Source: Octopus vulgaris (taxonomy: Eukaryota). From it: a stretch of 64,000 nucleotides of DNA. The stretch is from the NCBI GenBank assembly GCA_951406725.2, contig OX597832.1, forward strand, positions 8,866,001 to 8,930,000, in the 5' to 3' direction. The notes beneath the pieces are model-generated. The model saw only the letters and a program-made list of their open reading frames with translations. It had not been told where the DNA came from and did not search any database. Of this stretch, positions 14,167-27,600 are shown in pieces. Every line of letters starts with the position of its first letter. The first letter of the stretch is position 1. Both the position numbers and the translations under genes were made by a program.

Positions 14167-14220
<54 letters not shown>

Positions 14221-14223
<3 letters not shown>

Positions 14224-14800
14224 CATTACGTTATATAATTAGGGATCAGTAAAATAATTTACTTTACCACACACCGAACTTTTAGAAATAGCAGCCAAAA
14301 ACTTTTAGCTATTTCTTCGACTATAAGAAAAGTCTCCCAGATAATGTATACTCAAAAATAATTCACGCAGGTATAGAGGGAAAAATAACGAAAGATCACA
14401 CATACATCGATTACTTGAGAACGCCGTTTCTGGATTAGTTGGATATAGAGATCAACATTTCCGACATCACCCCAAGATTTCTTTGGGTTTGAATTTGAGA
14501 GCACTAAAAATCGAACATACTCGTCTGATATGAGTAATCCCAAACAAACCATCTTGTACTGCTAATACTAACGAATTCAAAAAGTACGAATGAGTCTTTT
14601 CTTATAGTAGAGGAAATACCTAATATTTTTTGGCTGCTATTTCTAAAAGTTCGGTTTGTGGTAAAGTAAATTATTTTCTGAACCCTAATTATATAACATA
14701 ATGTTTTAAATATACCGTAAACGGTCTTTTTACATACTGAACATTACTTGGTAAAATTATTAATTAATAATTAATTAATTTTACCCTTTTATTATTGACA
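14221..14800. mobile_element. Foldback element (family A) in (TA)n; arms 14221-14336 and 14592-14707; spacer holds a decayed HHR
   Basis: Reverse-complement arms, homologous to 6741-7048. Confidence 0.8.
14414..14476 (-). ncRNA. Decayed hammerhead ribozyme
   Basis: Minus strand: CTTGGG-GTGATGT-CGGA..GTTG/CAAC..TCCA-GAAAC-GGC-GTT-CTCAAG. The stems pair but the core has two substitutions. Confidence 0.5.
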
Positions 14801-14803
14801 ATA

Positions 14804-14875
<72 letters not shown>

Positions 14876-15302
14876 GAGGGAGATATTCAGATGAATATGT
14901 TACTTAAGTTGAGGCACCAAAGTTTAGTACGGTAGATCCGTCTATTTCACTCAGCCCTAACCATAACAGATACTGCCCTCTGTTCTCTCAGCGTTGGATC
15001 TAAAAACTGACCCTCTAAAGACAAAAAATCAGTAGCAGGCAGAGTCTTCCGAATAATTTTAGTAACTTCTATACTGAAGTAGAAATAAAATGTTCTTTAT
15101 CTATCTCCTTAATTTCTTGGAATTTTAGGTGTAATTATACTAATGTGCCTATCAGTTCTAATTTAATAAAATTCGATGCCTTTGTGCAGGTGAAGATTGC
15201 TCTACATTTTAAATTGATGTAATGATTGTTTTGTTCAAATAAATGGAGTTGCATGAAACGGTCGTACTGCATTACCTCTTGTTATCCATGTTCCTTATTT
15301 CG

Positions 15303-15361
<59 letters not shown>

Positions 15362-15422
15362 TGTATGTATGTATGTATGTATATATGTATGTATCTCTCT
15401 CTGTCTATATATATACATATAC

Positions 15423-15642
15423 CTGGCAGAGACGTTAGCACGCCGGGCGAAGTGCTTCGCGGTATTTCGCCCGTCGCTACGTTCTGAGTTCAAATTCCGC
15501 CGAGGTCGACTTTGCCTTTCATCCTTTCGGGGTCGATATATTAAGTACCAGTTACGCACTGGGGTCGATGTAATCGACTTAATCCGTGTGTCTGTCCTTG
15601 TTTGTCCCCTCTATGTTTAGCCCCTTGTGGGTAGTAAAGAAA
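15423..15642 (+). mobile_element. SINE family 2 (tRNA-like head, Meta-like central domain)
   Basis: B-box-like GAGTTCAAATTCC; TTGCCTTTCATCCTTTCGGGGTCGAT..AAGTACCAG resembles the MetaSINE domain; other copies occur in the window. Confidence 0.85.
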
Positions 15643-15657
15643 CATATATATATACAT

Positions 15658-15724
<67 letters not shown>

Positions 15725-15847
15725 TATATATATGTATATATAGAGAGAGACAGAGAGAGAGAGTTACATACATACATACATATATATAAATATATATATG
15801 TATGTATGTATATATGTATGTATTTATGTATCTCTCTCTCTGTCTAT

Positions 15848-15900
<53 letters not shown>

Positions 15901-17734
15901 CATGCACAAATACACAAACTTTATATCAATTGTCATCAGAATTTATAACGCAGTTGAAGGTCCATAAGTTTCGCATTTGGCACGTATCAAACGTATCTCT
16001 TCGCTGCTGAGTTACTCGTTAACATCTGCGTATTATTACGAAAACACACACTCACTCCTACGCATACATATATAAATTCAAACATACATGCATGCAGATA
16101 TACATACACGTCGGTGCAGTATGGCCGATGCTAGAACACGTCCTGTTTACAGTTTCAACGTTCCCAGTTCTATCTCAGTAAATAACTTCTCATACAAATT
16201 GAATTCTGTATTGAGTTAGGTCAGCCTATGTCTTGTGAGGGAGATTATCACATGGTTACTGCCGAAGATTTCCGTTATTGGTACACGTTCCTATGGAACA
16301 ATAATCCACGTACATTCTAGTTTATAAGACATTCGTTTGAACTGCTACATTTACATCATCGAACGATATTGATATTCCATACCCATGTATATGTGTCTGA
16401 GGGTGTGTGCGGGTGTTTTTGTCAGTACACGTCAGTGTGTGTGAATATGTTATTGTGTATATTTGAATGTGCGTGTGTGTGAATGTATGCATGCATGTGT
16501 GTGCATATATGAATGTAGCATTTTTTCAAATTCATTATTATTTACCAATAGAATTTTATAACGGAGGGAAACGAAGCGTTTTGATTGCTATTTAGGCATC
16601 ATCTAAGTATTCACATATTCACATATCATCTAAGTTTTCACATAACATAGATCACTGTGTACCTCTCAACAAAGTTTGTGCGCATTTGGAAAGGTACAAG
16701 AAGGCGTTTCGTTACGGTTCGGGATCTGTTGTTTGTAATCCAGATATTTTTAATTTTGTTGTTTGTAATTCTGTTGTATACTCCAACGTAGATCCTCAAT
16801 AATATTTTCCCAAGATTTTACATCCCAATAATTTTTTTACAAAGCAATTTTCCTATGAACATATGCAAGCATGTAACGATATATGTATTGAATTGTTAAA
16901 GACTCTGATAAAAAGAAAACAGGTCATTGGATACTGTGTGTTGCAGTTGTTTTTGAATTTAAATTTGACATATAAACAATATAGTGCAATGAGAGGAAAC
17001 GCAAAATAAAATAAAATAGTAAAAACTCTATGTCGTTAATGTAACAAAAATAAAATTTCCAAGTCTTGCATCCACAAAGTTTTCGTATACCTCTTGCATT
17101 ATGGAATTATTTGTCAGTGTGAGGAACAACTTTGGGATTCATGGGATTGAGGAATAAAAAAAAATAATGGATTTCGCTGTGACATATTTATGTGGTACAA
17201 TATATTTCAAGTGCCAGTTTGCGAATCTAGCGGTATAAACAGAAGATTGGCATTTGAAATTAATCAGAAATAAATTAGTAATGTGCTGAACTATGAAAAT
17301 GAATTTAAGTAACATTTTGGTTCTTTACCTAGAAAGTCTGAAATCGCCAAAATGTCACTGAATGGCAGGAGCGTACTGGAAGTTTTCATTATTTAAATTC
17401 AATTCCACAATAATATTATCTCAAAAGTAAATAGAAATATACATATTTTTCTGCTTAAAAAGCATATTAAAATTTCATATGTGTATATTCACTTCGATAT
17501 AAGGAATTTTATCGGGCACATTTCCAATAAAGAATTTTGAAATGTGGCCCATGTTTCAGGTGTGAACGAAGCTGTTTCGAGTGTAAGAATTGCATGGAGT
17601 TATGATTGACCCAAGTTGATGACTAGCTCATATACAAATACTTGTGTGCCCGCACATGTATGTATGCCTATCTATCCATAAAGGTATATATATATATATA
17701 AAACGGCTAGCTAGCTTGCTAACTATATAGCTAT

Positions 17735-17851
<117 letters not shown>

Positions 17852-17900
17852 CATACATACGTATATGTATATATATATAGTGAGAGAGAGTGTGAAAGAG

Positions 17901-18406
17901 AGAGGGTCTGATAAAATAGTGCCGAGTCTGTTGCAAAAACCAAAACACCGTCTCAGTAACGAAGACAAAATACACTTTACTCACATTGGCCTTAAAATCC
18001 TTCGTGTAGCCACAAAGGGTGACAATGGGCCCGTCGGCTTCCGTTGTTCATTGCATAACTTAAAATGATGTGTGAAGAATGTTGTCGTCTCAAAAAGAAA
18101 ATCGTGCTTTATCTACTAGAAAGGCGAAAACGGTCAGCACATATAGCAACCCAAGGATATGACCACGAAACAATAGCTCAGTCTTCTTAGATTTGAGGAC
18201 ACCGAGCAAATCCAAGAAAATCCACAACACAGCTGCTCGTTGTTCCCAAAATAAAGTTCAAGGAAGGCTTCCGCCAATGTACACGAGGGGGGATAAAGTG
18301 TGTGCCTTAACACGGGGTCTACTCCGAAGGAGATTACAAGCCGAATTTATGTAATCAAGTTTCTTTTTTATAACACCATTCCCGAAACATATTGATCAGA
18401 ACTAGT
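17901..18406 (+). mobile_element. Internally deleted, decayed mariner-like element
   Basis: Imperfect TIR-like ends GAGGGTCTGATAAAATAGT and ACATATTGATCAGAACTAG; C-terminal remnant EGFRQ..KCV..GVYSEGD. Confidence 0.5.
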
Positions 18407-18739
18407 GTGTTTGCATATATAAATGTACATATATGCACTTCCCCACACACACCTGTCAGCATTATTCTCATACTTTTTGCATCGATGATATTCGAGAATT
18501 TGTATCCTGTCTAACAAACTCTTTCCATATAGGTATATACAACGTAAAATTCTGTTCACATTTGTCGTGGATTCATGTGTATGCTTATGGAAGCGTATTT
18601 TTATATAAGTTTATTTTTTTTCATAAACACACACGCACGCACACATACACACATGAATATATATACAAATATATATATATCTATATATATGCATACAACT
18701 ATATATGTATATTCATATACGTATGTATGTGTAAATGTA

Positions 18740-18803
<64 letters not shown>

Positions 18804-18906
18804 TGCGTATGTAGGAATATAGAATGTGTCTCTGTGCTTATAATTATATATTTTTCCTCACACATACACAAACACATACATGTATACACACACACACATA
18901 TATACA

Positions 18907-18958
<52 letters not shown>

Positions 18959-19309
18959 CAATATATATGTTATTTGAGTGAATGTCTACGTAATTATCTT
19001 TCTTTTTTAAGTATTACTGTGTGTATTAATCGCAACATTATGCTCTAGCTTGATTAAGTAAAAATTGTTTTAATGACTTATCCCCCTCAAGGTGAAATTT
19101 AATTACAATTTTCACCATTGAAAATAAAACTGATACTATAATTATTAATTGCTTCTGACATCAAAGGCGGACATATTTAATAAAAAGAATTGCATTTAAT
19201 AATAATAAATCCATGAAACTTAATGCCGATTACTATGGACATGATGCTGCTGGTTAGTAATATTCATAAAAACAATACAAATAGAAAAGATGCGTGAATT
19301 GTAAAGAAA

Positions 19310-19432
19310 ATATTGATAGTATCAGTAGTGTTAATACAAATACTAATAATACTAATAATATTAATGGTAATGACAATAATAATAATTACAGAAATAATAA
19401 CAAAAACAACAACAACACTAATAATAATAATA

Positions 19433-19525
<93 letters not shown>

Positions 19526-19600
19526 GTAATAATGATAATGTTATTCTTATCATTTATAATGGTAATAATATTAAATATATTAATAATTAATGAAAATAAT
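19310..19600. repeat. Compound (AAT)n/(GAT)n/(AAC)n low-complexity tract
   Basis: Direct reading. Confidence 0.95.
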
Positions 19601-20228
19601 ATTAGGAAAGAAATAATAGAAAACGAAAATAAAGAAGAAATATGAAAACGAAAGGAAAACGGACGAAAGAAAAATACAAAAAAGAAAATTACGCAGAAAA
19701 ACAAGAACACGATTTCAAGTTACAAAGACAACAAACAGAAGCGGAAGAAAAAGAAGATAAAAATAAATAATATATAAGAACAAAATATAACTTCGAAAAA
19801 TAAAAGAGCAACAAATAGAAATTAGATATCGGAATATTTTAAAATTTCTTCATATCTTGGAATGTTTATTCGCCGTATTCCGGTACATTAAGATATAATT
19901 TTCAGTACTTTCAAATAAACGCTTCTTTCTTTTCTTTCGCTTGTTATTTTTTTCATTTGTTTCTTTTTTTAAAAAAAAAAAACTTCTTATGAATATTTTC
20001 TTTCATTTGTCAAAATATCTTATTTTTTACCTCTTATTTTGTTAATTTTAGCTTGTGTTTCCATTCGATTCTATAATTGCTTCATTGGTAATGGTTTTTC
20101 AAAAAGTTTTGATTTACAAAAGAATTTATAGATTTCGCTAAAAGGAAATCTGCATTATTGATGAATCAAAGAAGCACTAATACACAACGCATTACATTGT
20201 TGCATACACATGCCGGCACATGCTTTTA

Positions 20229-20326
<98 letters not shown>

Positions 20327-20772
20327 AATGTGTGTGTATATGTATGCATATATATATGCTGTCACAGATGTTAAGGTAGAAATGGTACCAAATAAATTCT
20401 GAATAAATGTATTTTTGTACCGGTGATACATGTGTGGCTAAAATATGTTGCGAAACCGCCTTTTGACAGGAATTTTCAATCATCGTAGAGAATATGTAGC
20501 CAGGTTTTATTTATTTCCTTGTGATTAGTGTTGCAATCTGCTGATGTTTTGTCTTTAATACGTTCGGGATCAGTAAAATCTTCTGGCCTATTTGTTGTTC
20601 AAATACCTCTCCTTTAAGTAGAGGCAACCAAGTTTCTCCATTCGATCAAAGTTGCAGATTCGGGTACATATCCGGTTGAAATAATTAGTGGGTGGATGGT
20701 AGATATTTCGAGTAATGTTTTTTTCTCTGAGTGACGATTGTAGTTTGGAATGTATTCTGTTTTATTATCTTA

Positions 20773-21120
20773 ATCGTTTACTTGTTTCATTCGTTTGACT
20801 GCGGTCATGCCGGAGTACCAGGTTTTGTTTAGTCGAACAAACCTCTCCTTATCCTATCGGTATAATTTGCGAAACTGCTAAATCAGGGAGATGTAAGCAC
20901 ACCAACACCGGTTGCCAAGTGGTGTTTTTTCGGGGCGGGGTGTACTCGCACATATGCACACACAAACACACACACATGAGCGACGGGCTTTTTTCAGTTT
21001 TCGTCAACGAAATCCACTCTCAAATCCAGAAGCTATACTAGAAGGCACTTGCCCAAGTTGCCATGCAGTGGGACTGAACCCAGAACCATGTTGCCAGGAA
21101 GCAATCTTCTTACCCGTGCT
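20773..21120 (-). mobile_element. SINE family 1, diverged copy
   Basis: TTTGACTGCGGTCATGC...GCAGTGGGACTGAACCCAGAACCATGT is the reverse complement of the family 1 tail and head. Confidence 0.8.
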
Positions 21121-21387
21121 TGTAATAAACTTGTAAACAAGTATTTAGTATTTGACAGTGAAATACTCGCTGAAGGTATAAAACTAGAGCGGATTGAGAG
21201 TTGTTGATAAGTTTGTAGTATTCTTTCCGTCGCCTTGTCTTCGAGTACACTACAATCGAAAGAGAACAAATGACTTTTTCTTTTTCCGTAAGCTTGGCAC
21301 GATTCATCACAAAACATGGAGAAAATTTTTAGACGTTAGTTGAAGAGAAGCTTATTAAATGGATTGTATCATTTTGTTGGATACTAT

Positions 21388-21800
21388 TTCTTCTTCTTCT
21401 TCTTCTTCTTCTTCTTCTTCTTCTTCTTCTTCTTCTTCTTCTTCTTCTTCTTCTTCTTCTTCTTCTTCTTCTTCTTCTTCTTCTCCTCTTCTTCTTCTTC
21501 TTCTTCTTCTTCTTCTTCTTCTTCCTTCTTCTTCGTCTTCTTCTTCTTCTTCTTCTTCCTCTTCTCCTTCTTCTCCTTCTCCTTCTTCTCCTTCTCCTTC
21601 TTCTTCTTCTTCTTCTTCTTCTTCTTCTTCTGCTGCTGCTTCTTCTTCTTTTTCTCCTTCTTTTTCTCCTTCTTTTTCATCATCTTCTTCCTCTTCTACT
21701 TCTTCTTCTTCTTCTGCTTCTTCTTCTTCTTCTTCTTCTTCGTCTTCTTCTTCTTCTTCGTATTCGTATTCGTATTCGTGTTCGTATCCGTATTCGACTT
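21388..21800. repeat. (TTC)n-based microsatellite ending in (TTCGTA)n
   Basis: Direct reading. Confidence 0.97.
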
Positions 21801-22953
21801 CTTTGTAACTCCATATACTTATCATTATTATGTAGAAACATGGGCGACAGAATCGATAGCATACAAAAGAAACTTCCTTCTAATATTTAATTGCATACTT
21901 TTCATTTATATTTCCTGGAATGGAATAAGTTGCTCATCATTTCAGTGTCGAGAAAATTATAGAAACTCAGTTTTTGAGGGCAAGCATAATTTCAGTGAAA
22001 TATTTCACAATTCTCCTTGGAATTGTTCGCTTTTAACATTGTTTCCTCTCTGGAAATGATTCAGAAACGGTCACTCCTCAGATGATAGCTTCTTTCTCCA
22101 TTTGCAACAATAACAAAAAGATTGAAAAACTTCAAGGGCGCAGCTATTCCTCCTATGACAAAACCATTATGCATTTTAGGGAAATAATTGAAATCCTTTA
22201 TATTCACCACCTAAAACGGGCTCGCGCATGTCGCTGAATAACTCCCATTATTTGAGGAAATGAGCAAGTGTTATTAGTTACTAAAAGCAGAAGAATCAGT
22301 AGGAGGCCTGTAATAGCACTTTGGAACATTTGATAATTTTTCTATCTCTTGCGTTTATAATTCTCCGGAGGTTAACTTTGACTTTCATTCACACCAGATC
22401 GATTATATTTCCACGAATGTAATACTGGACTGATTTAACTGTATTCGTCCTGTGGTGAGAGGTTGTGGACACGAAACGTATGTAAAAATGTTATTGTAAC
22501 ACATTTCATATTCAAATTTGGTTCTGCGGTCAATGAAAAGTTACTGAATGAAGCATTGACCAACACATTTATTATTCGATTCTCACTATGGTAAGTAAAT
22601 ATATTTACTTATCAATTTCAGGTCGCATGCTTTCGAGCCTGTGAGGAGTGCAGCTTTTGACATAATATTGCATGTAGGTTTAAACTAGATGTATGCCAAC
22701 CTATTTCGCAAGTCGGTCGAGTGACACTAGCTATGGAAACCTAAATATGATTTGGACTCCGGAGGAGATATCACAAATCATGTGGTCGTAAATCTACCAC
22801 TATTCGACCTACACAGACCATTGCAATGATTCATATTTGTCGACTGTGAACGACTTGGTCTCAAAATGAATAATACTGACACCAGTCTTGATTCTCTACA
22901 GGGTGATATACCTATACACGTGCACTTACGTATATATATATATATATATATAT

Positions 22954-23020
<67 letters not shown>

Positions 23021-23024
<4 letters not shown>

Positions 23025-23135
23025 TCTGCTCGCTAAGCCAGTGAGGTGGCGTCATTCGAAGGGTAAAAGGCAATGCGAACGCATTGTGACCAGTGATGTG
23101 TAGCAACATCTGATGGTCTGGTCGGATCACGTGAT
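23021..23135 (+). mobile_element. SINE family 3, 3' fragment
   Basis: Matches the reverse complement of 52500-52621 (GCATTGTGACCAG.GATGTGTAGCAACATCTGAT). Confidence 0.8.
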
Positions 23136-23138
23136 ATA

Positions 23139-23196
<58 letters not shown>

Positions 23197-23204
23197 GTGT
23201 ACAA

Positions 23205-23745
23205 TTAAACACAAAGGAGGTGACCCTGAGAGGACAACTTACATGCTAAAAGGAACATTCAAAATCCAAATCACGGTTAAGAATAATTTCGATGGGGATG
23301 GATAAACAAACACACTTGTACCTAGGTTTCCAACATTAATGAACAAATAAAATAATTTGTTATCCGTGTTTTTCATCGGCAGGGACGCTAACAATTAACG
23401 TATAATTAAATTCCGAGAAAAATAGACAGAATCTCTATACATAATAATTGTTTAAACCTACCGCGCATGTGCAGTTATCGTCGACAGCAAATACAAATAC
23501 GTATACCAACTTCCTTCAAAATTACAAAAATCATGGATAGCAACTTATTTTATTTGTTTATTAATGTTCGAAACCTAGATATAACTGGTAACTATTGAAA
23601 CTGTTTTTATTTGTCATCCCCCTTCGCAAATACTCTTAACCGTAGTTTGTAATTTGACCGTTCTTTTTAGCATGAAAGTTGTCCTGTACAGTCACCACTT
23701 TAGGACATAAATGTACGCTAATATTATATTAATAATATGTTGTCT
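23205..23745. mobile_element. Foldback element (family B); diverged arms about 23213-23373 and 23527-23701, each with HHR remnants
   Basis: GGTGACCCTGAGAGGACAACTTACATGCTAAAAGGAAC pairs with GTTCTTTTTAGCATGAAAGTTGTCCTGTACAGTCACC. Confidence 0.75.
23315..23383 (-). ncRNA. Hammerhead-like motif (U4C core variant)
   Basis: Minus strand: CCTG-CCGATGA-AAAACA..TGTTG-GAAAC-CTAG-GTA-CAAG. The other arm retains TGTTCGAAACCTAGATA. Confidence 0.55.
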
Positions 23746-23825
23746 ATAGACTATTTCATGGATGCTAGCCACTGGTAGAGAATTTCTCTTATTTTCCTAA
23801 CCTATATATATTTTCTTAATATAAA

Positions 23826-23988
23826 GGCACAGGAGTGGCTGTGTGGTAAGTAGCTTGTTTAACAACAACATGGTTCTGGGTTCAGTCCCACTGCGTGGCA
23901 CCTTGGGCGAGTGTCTTCTACTATAGCCTCGAGTCGACCAAAGCCTTGTGAGTGGATGTGGTAGATGGAAACTGAAAGAAGCCCGTCG

Positions 23989-24040
<52 letters not shown>

Positions 24041-24254
24041 TGTGTGTGTTTGTGTGTCTGTGTTTGTCCCCCTAGCATTGCTTGACAACCGATGCTGCTG
24101 TGTTTATTTCTCCGTTACTTAGCGGTTCGGCAAAAGAGACCGATAGAATAAGTACTGGGCTTACAAAAGAATAAGTTCCCGGGTCGAGTTGCTCGATTAA
24201 AGGCGGTGCTCCAGCATGGCCGCAGTCAAATGACTAAAACAAGTAAAAGAGTAA

Positions 24255-24257
<3 letters not shown>
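23826..24257 (+). mobile_element. SINE family 1, full length
   Basis: Head GGCACAGGAGTGGCTGTGTGGTAAGTAGCTTG; tail GGCGGTGCTCCAGCATGGCCGCAGTCAAATGAC..AAGTAAAAGAG. Confidence 0.92.
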
Positions 24258-24291
<34 letters not shown>

Positions 24292-24560
24292 TCATTAAAT
24301 ACATAAATACATACATGCATACTAATATTCATATATACTACGTACATTACAAGCTCACACAAAATATATAAAATAAATTTCATATATATTCATATACATA
24401 ACCGAATATAAATAAATGTCTACGTATACAATTTCTCTGTTGCCTTTAGTGTTTGTATATTGTAATTATGTCATTTTATTTCTGGTACTCCACTGAAGTA
24501 CCAGTGAAAATTGGATGTTTTCCATCACTTTGAAGGAAACGATTTTTAAATATATATGTA

Positions 24561-24618
<58 letters not shown>

Positions 24619-24621
<3 letters not shown>

Positions 24622-26495
24622 CATACAGACAGGCTTTATTAAAAGTTGCAAAAATTACAGCATATAAACGTGTCCCGTATTCATTATACATAAAATACAG
24701 AGTTCTCTAGACATCCTAGTTTCCATAAACAGATTTCCAAAGTTCATTAAAGTTCTTTAAAGATGATGTATAGTCTTATCACAGAATTTTAAAAAAGTTT
24801 TAATAGCATCACAGAGAAGGTGACCTAATCCATAGTGCACATATGAATTTCCAGAGATATGAGGAGGGATTACATACTCACAGACGACAAATTTATCCAT
24901 TGTTAATCACAACGAGGTGGGTCTCAATTCCTGCTTATTAGCATTACAGAGAGGGTGAATTAATCCTTTGTATAGATGCACAATTTCCAATGGTGTAGAT
25001 GTAAATTTCCAGAGAAATGAAGAGGAATTTCATATTCACAGGCGATAAATTTATCAATGGTTGAACACAATGAGGTAGGTATCAATTCTAGTTATATGAT
25101 TAGGTATTTGCCACATTAATCACATTACTGCTATTTACAAGAGGCTGTAGCTATTTAACTTTTAAAGGCTGAAGGGCTTTCTAGAGAGGCAAAGAACAGA
25201 AAAGGGAAGGGAAGAAAGAAAAGAGAGAAAATAAAGGAGGAGGGAGCAAAAAGGGGGGACTAAAAGAGAAGAGAAAAGGAAAAAGAGAATAAGAGGGAAG
25301 AAAAAGAAAAAAGAGAAAAGAGAAAGAAATAGGGAAAGAAGGGAAAAAAGAAAAAGAAAAAAAGAGGGTTCTAGTTATACAGAAGAATTAGTAGACGGCA
25401 AGTCTGGTTTTAATTTACAGGCATCTAGGAACTAGAGGAGAATATTATTCTTTACTGGTCAAAGAATAATAATCTCCTCTAGTTCCTAGATGCCTGTAAA
25501 TTAAAACCAGACTTGCCGTCTACTAATTCTTCTGTATAACTAGAACCCTCTTTTTTCTTTTTCTTTTTTCCTTCTTTCCTATTTCTTTCTCTTTTCTCTT
25601 TTTTTTTTCTTCCTCTTATTCTCTTTTTCCTTTTCTCTTTCTTTTAGTCCCCCTCCCCCTTTTTGCTCCTCCTCCTTTATTTTCTCTCTTTCTTTTCTTC
25701 CCTTCCCTTTTCTGTTCTTTGCCTCTCTAGAAAGCCCTTCAGCCTTTAAAAGTTAAATAGCTACAGCCTCTTGTAAATAGCAGTAATGTGATTAATGTGG
25801 CAAATACCTAATCATATAACAAGAATTGATACCTACCTCATTGTGTTCAACCATTGATAAATTTATCGCCTGTGAATATGAAATTCCTCTTCATTTCTCT
25901 GGAAATTTACATCTACACCATTGGAAATTGTGCATCTATACAAAGGATTAATTCACCCTCTCTGTAATGCTAATAAGCAGGAATTGAGACCCACCTCGTT
26001 GTGATTAACAATGGATAAATTTGTCGTCTGTGAGTATGTAATCCCTCCTCATATCTCTGGAAATTCATATGTGCACTATGGATTAGGTCACCTTCTCTGT
26101 GATGCTATTAAAACTTTTTTAAAATTCTGTGATAAGACTATACATCATCTTTAAAGAACTTTAATGAACTTTGGAAATCTGTTTATGTTACTTAATTATC
26201 TACATTACCTCATGAGTATAGCCTCAACCACTAGGATGTCTAGAGAACTCACATGTATTTTAGCTGATGAGTACGGGACACGTTTATATGCTGTAATTTT
26301 TGCAACTTTTAATAAAGCCTGTCCTTGTATGAAACGATTGTACTAAAAACCTATCCATTCTTGTTGCTTCTTTCTCGCTTATAATCACCCCACATTACTG
26401 TATTGTTAAAACAGTATAGTTTTTTTTGGTGCATCTAAGTTAGGTACCATATTCAAGTAAATTCATTTAAATTAACTTGAATCTTTATTGCCTTT

Positions 26496-26500
<5 letters not shown>
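24619..26500. mobile_element. About 1.7 kb near-perfect palindrome (arms 24619-25453 and 25461-26334, 7-nt spacer) of a PLE-like 3' region with HHR, flanked by (TA)n
   Basis: Centre ..GAGAATATTATTCTTT-ACTGGTC-AAAGAATAATAATCTC..; the arms are complementary throughout. The right arm continues to the TA tract at about 26500. Confidence 0.88.
26258..26348 (+). ncRNA. Type I hammerhead ribozyme, intact core
   Basis: Stem I TTTTAG/CTAAAA; CTGATGA (26264-26270); stem II GTACGGGACA/TGTCCTTGTAT; GAAAC-GATT-GTA. Confidence 0.85.
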
Positions 26501-26532
<32 letters not shown>

Positions 26533-26607
26533 GAGAACATAGTGTACATACGTCACTATGTATATATATATATATATATAAAAGGAGAACAGAGTGTACG
26601 TACGTCG

Positions 26608-26648
<41 letters not shown>

Positions 26649-26699
26649 GCAAATGGGACAAGAGCACAAAAACATCCGGATAACTAGGTGATAAAAAAA

Positions 26700-27600
26700 C
26701 GACATACATCAGCCGATTGACATTCTAGTATGCCTATTTATTCCATTGTATTAGAATGTATTAAAAGAATCTATACACATGTAATAACAATGTATTACAT
26801 ACGCATGTACTAATATTACAGAAAAGAGCAACATATCAGATTGTTAGTAGGTACTAGTTTCTTACGGCCGTTTCTGCCAAGAAGTGACGAAATCTGTCAT
26901 GCCATCTCTTCAGTATTCTGTAGGGATGTGCAGATAAAGCTTGGATGATGAATCTGCATCAGAGGGTCTAAGTGGTTAGGAGGGCTAATACATATAAGAA
27001 GCAGTTCACAATACATAGAGTGTACTTGTCTTTTTTTAAAAAAAAGGGCAGAAAAAGAATATGAGCAAGAATAACAACAAACATGAGCTTGTGAGTGGAG
27101 TACAACATAGTAGAATTATTTGGGTATACCAAGGGGAAATAAGCTACAGACTTCCCGTGATGTATTCTAAGATCCATGTTGTTTCGTGGTCTCGTTGTGG
27201 ATAGGTGAATATAGTCGTTCTCAGGAGTTTTTTCAGGAAGGGTGAATTTAGGCAGTAGTTCGCCTTATGTTTAATTTGTAATTCACATTGTTTACATAGA
27301 AATTCAGTGGTGGATTTCAAAGTATGGTCTGTGTTATGGAGGTGAAAGTTTCTACGTAAAGTGCCAGCTAGTAGGTGCTATGTTGCGGATGGTATGGCAT
27401 AAGCAGCCTAATGGTGGTGAAACCATCATGGGAAAATTTGATATATGAGTGTACTAATAAAAGTAAGGAACCAGATGGGACCAAAATGTGTTTGCTCGTT
27501 ACTTTTTGCCGATCAACAAGTCTCGGAATCCCTGTGTGTAGTGGAGTGGGGGTCATGATCAGTCTTACAACTTAATTGGTCAGCTATCTTTTTCTGAAAA
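26700..27600 (-). mobile_element. Highly decayed PLE remnant with an HHR-like motif at 26862-26913
   Basis: Minus-strand LLMPYHPQ..TLRRNFHL resembles the PLE linker. Downstream CTGAAGAG...GAAAC-GGCC-GTA is present, but stems I and II pair poorly. Confidence 0.45.

Noticed and set aside
17565-17635. Minus-strand ATGAG...CTCGAAACAGCT resembles an HHR
   Set aside because: The core is incomplete and stems I and III do not pair.
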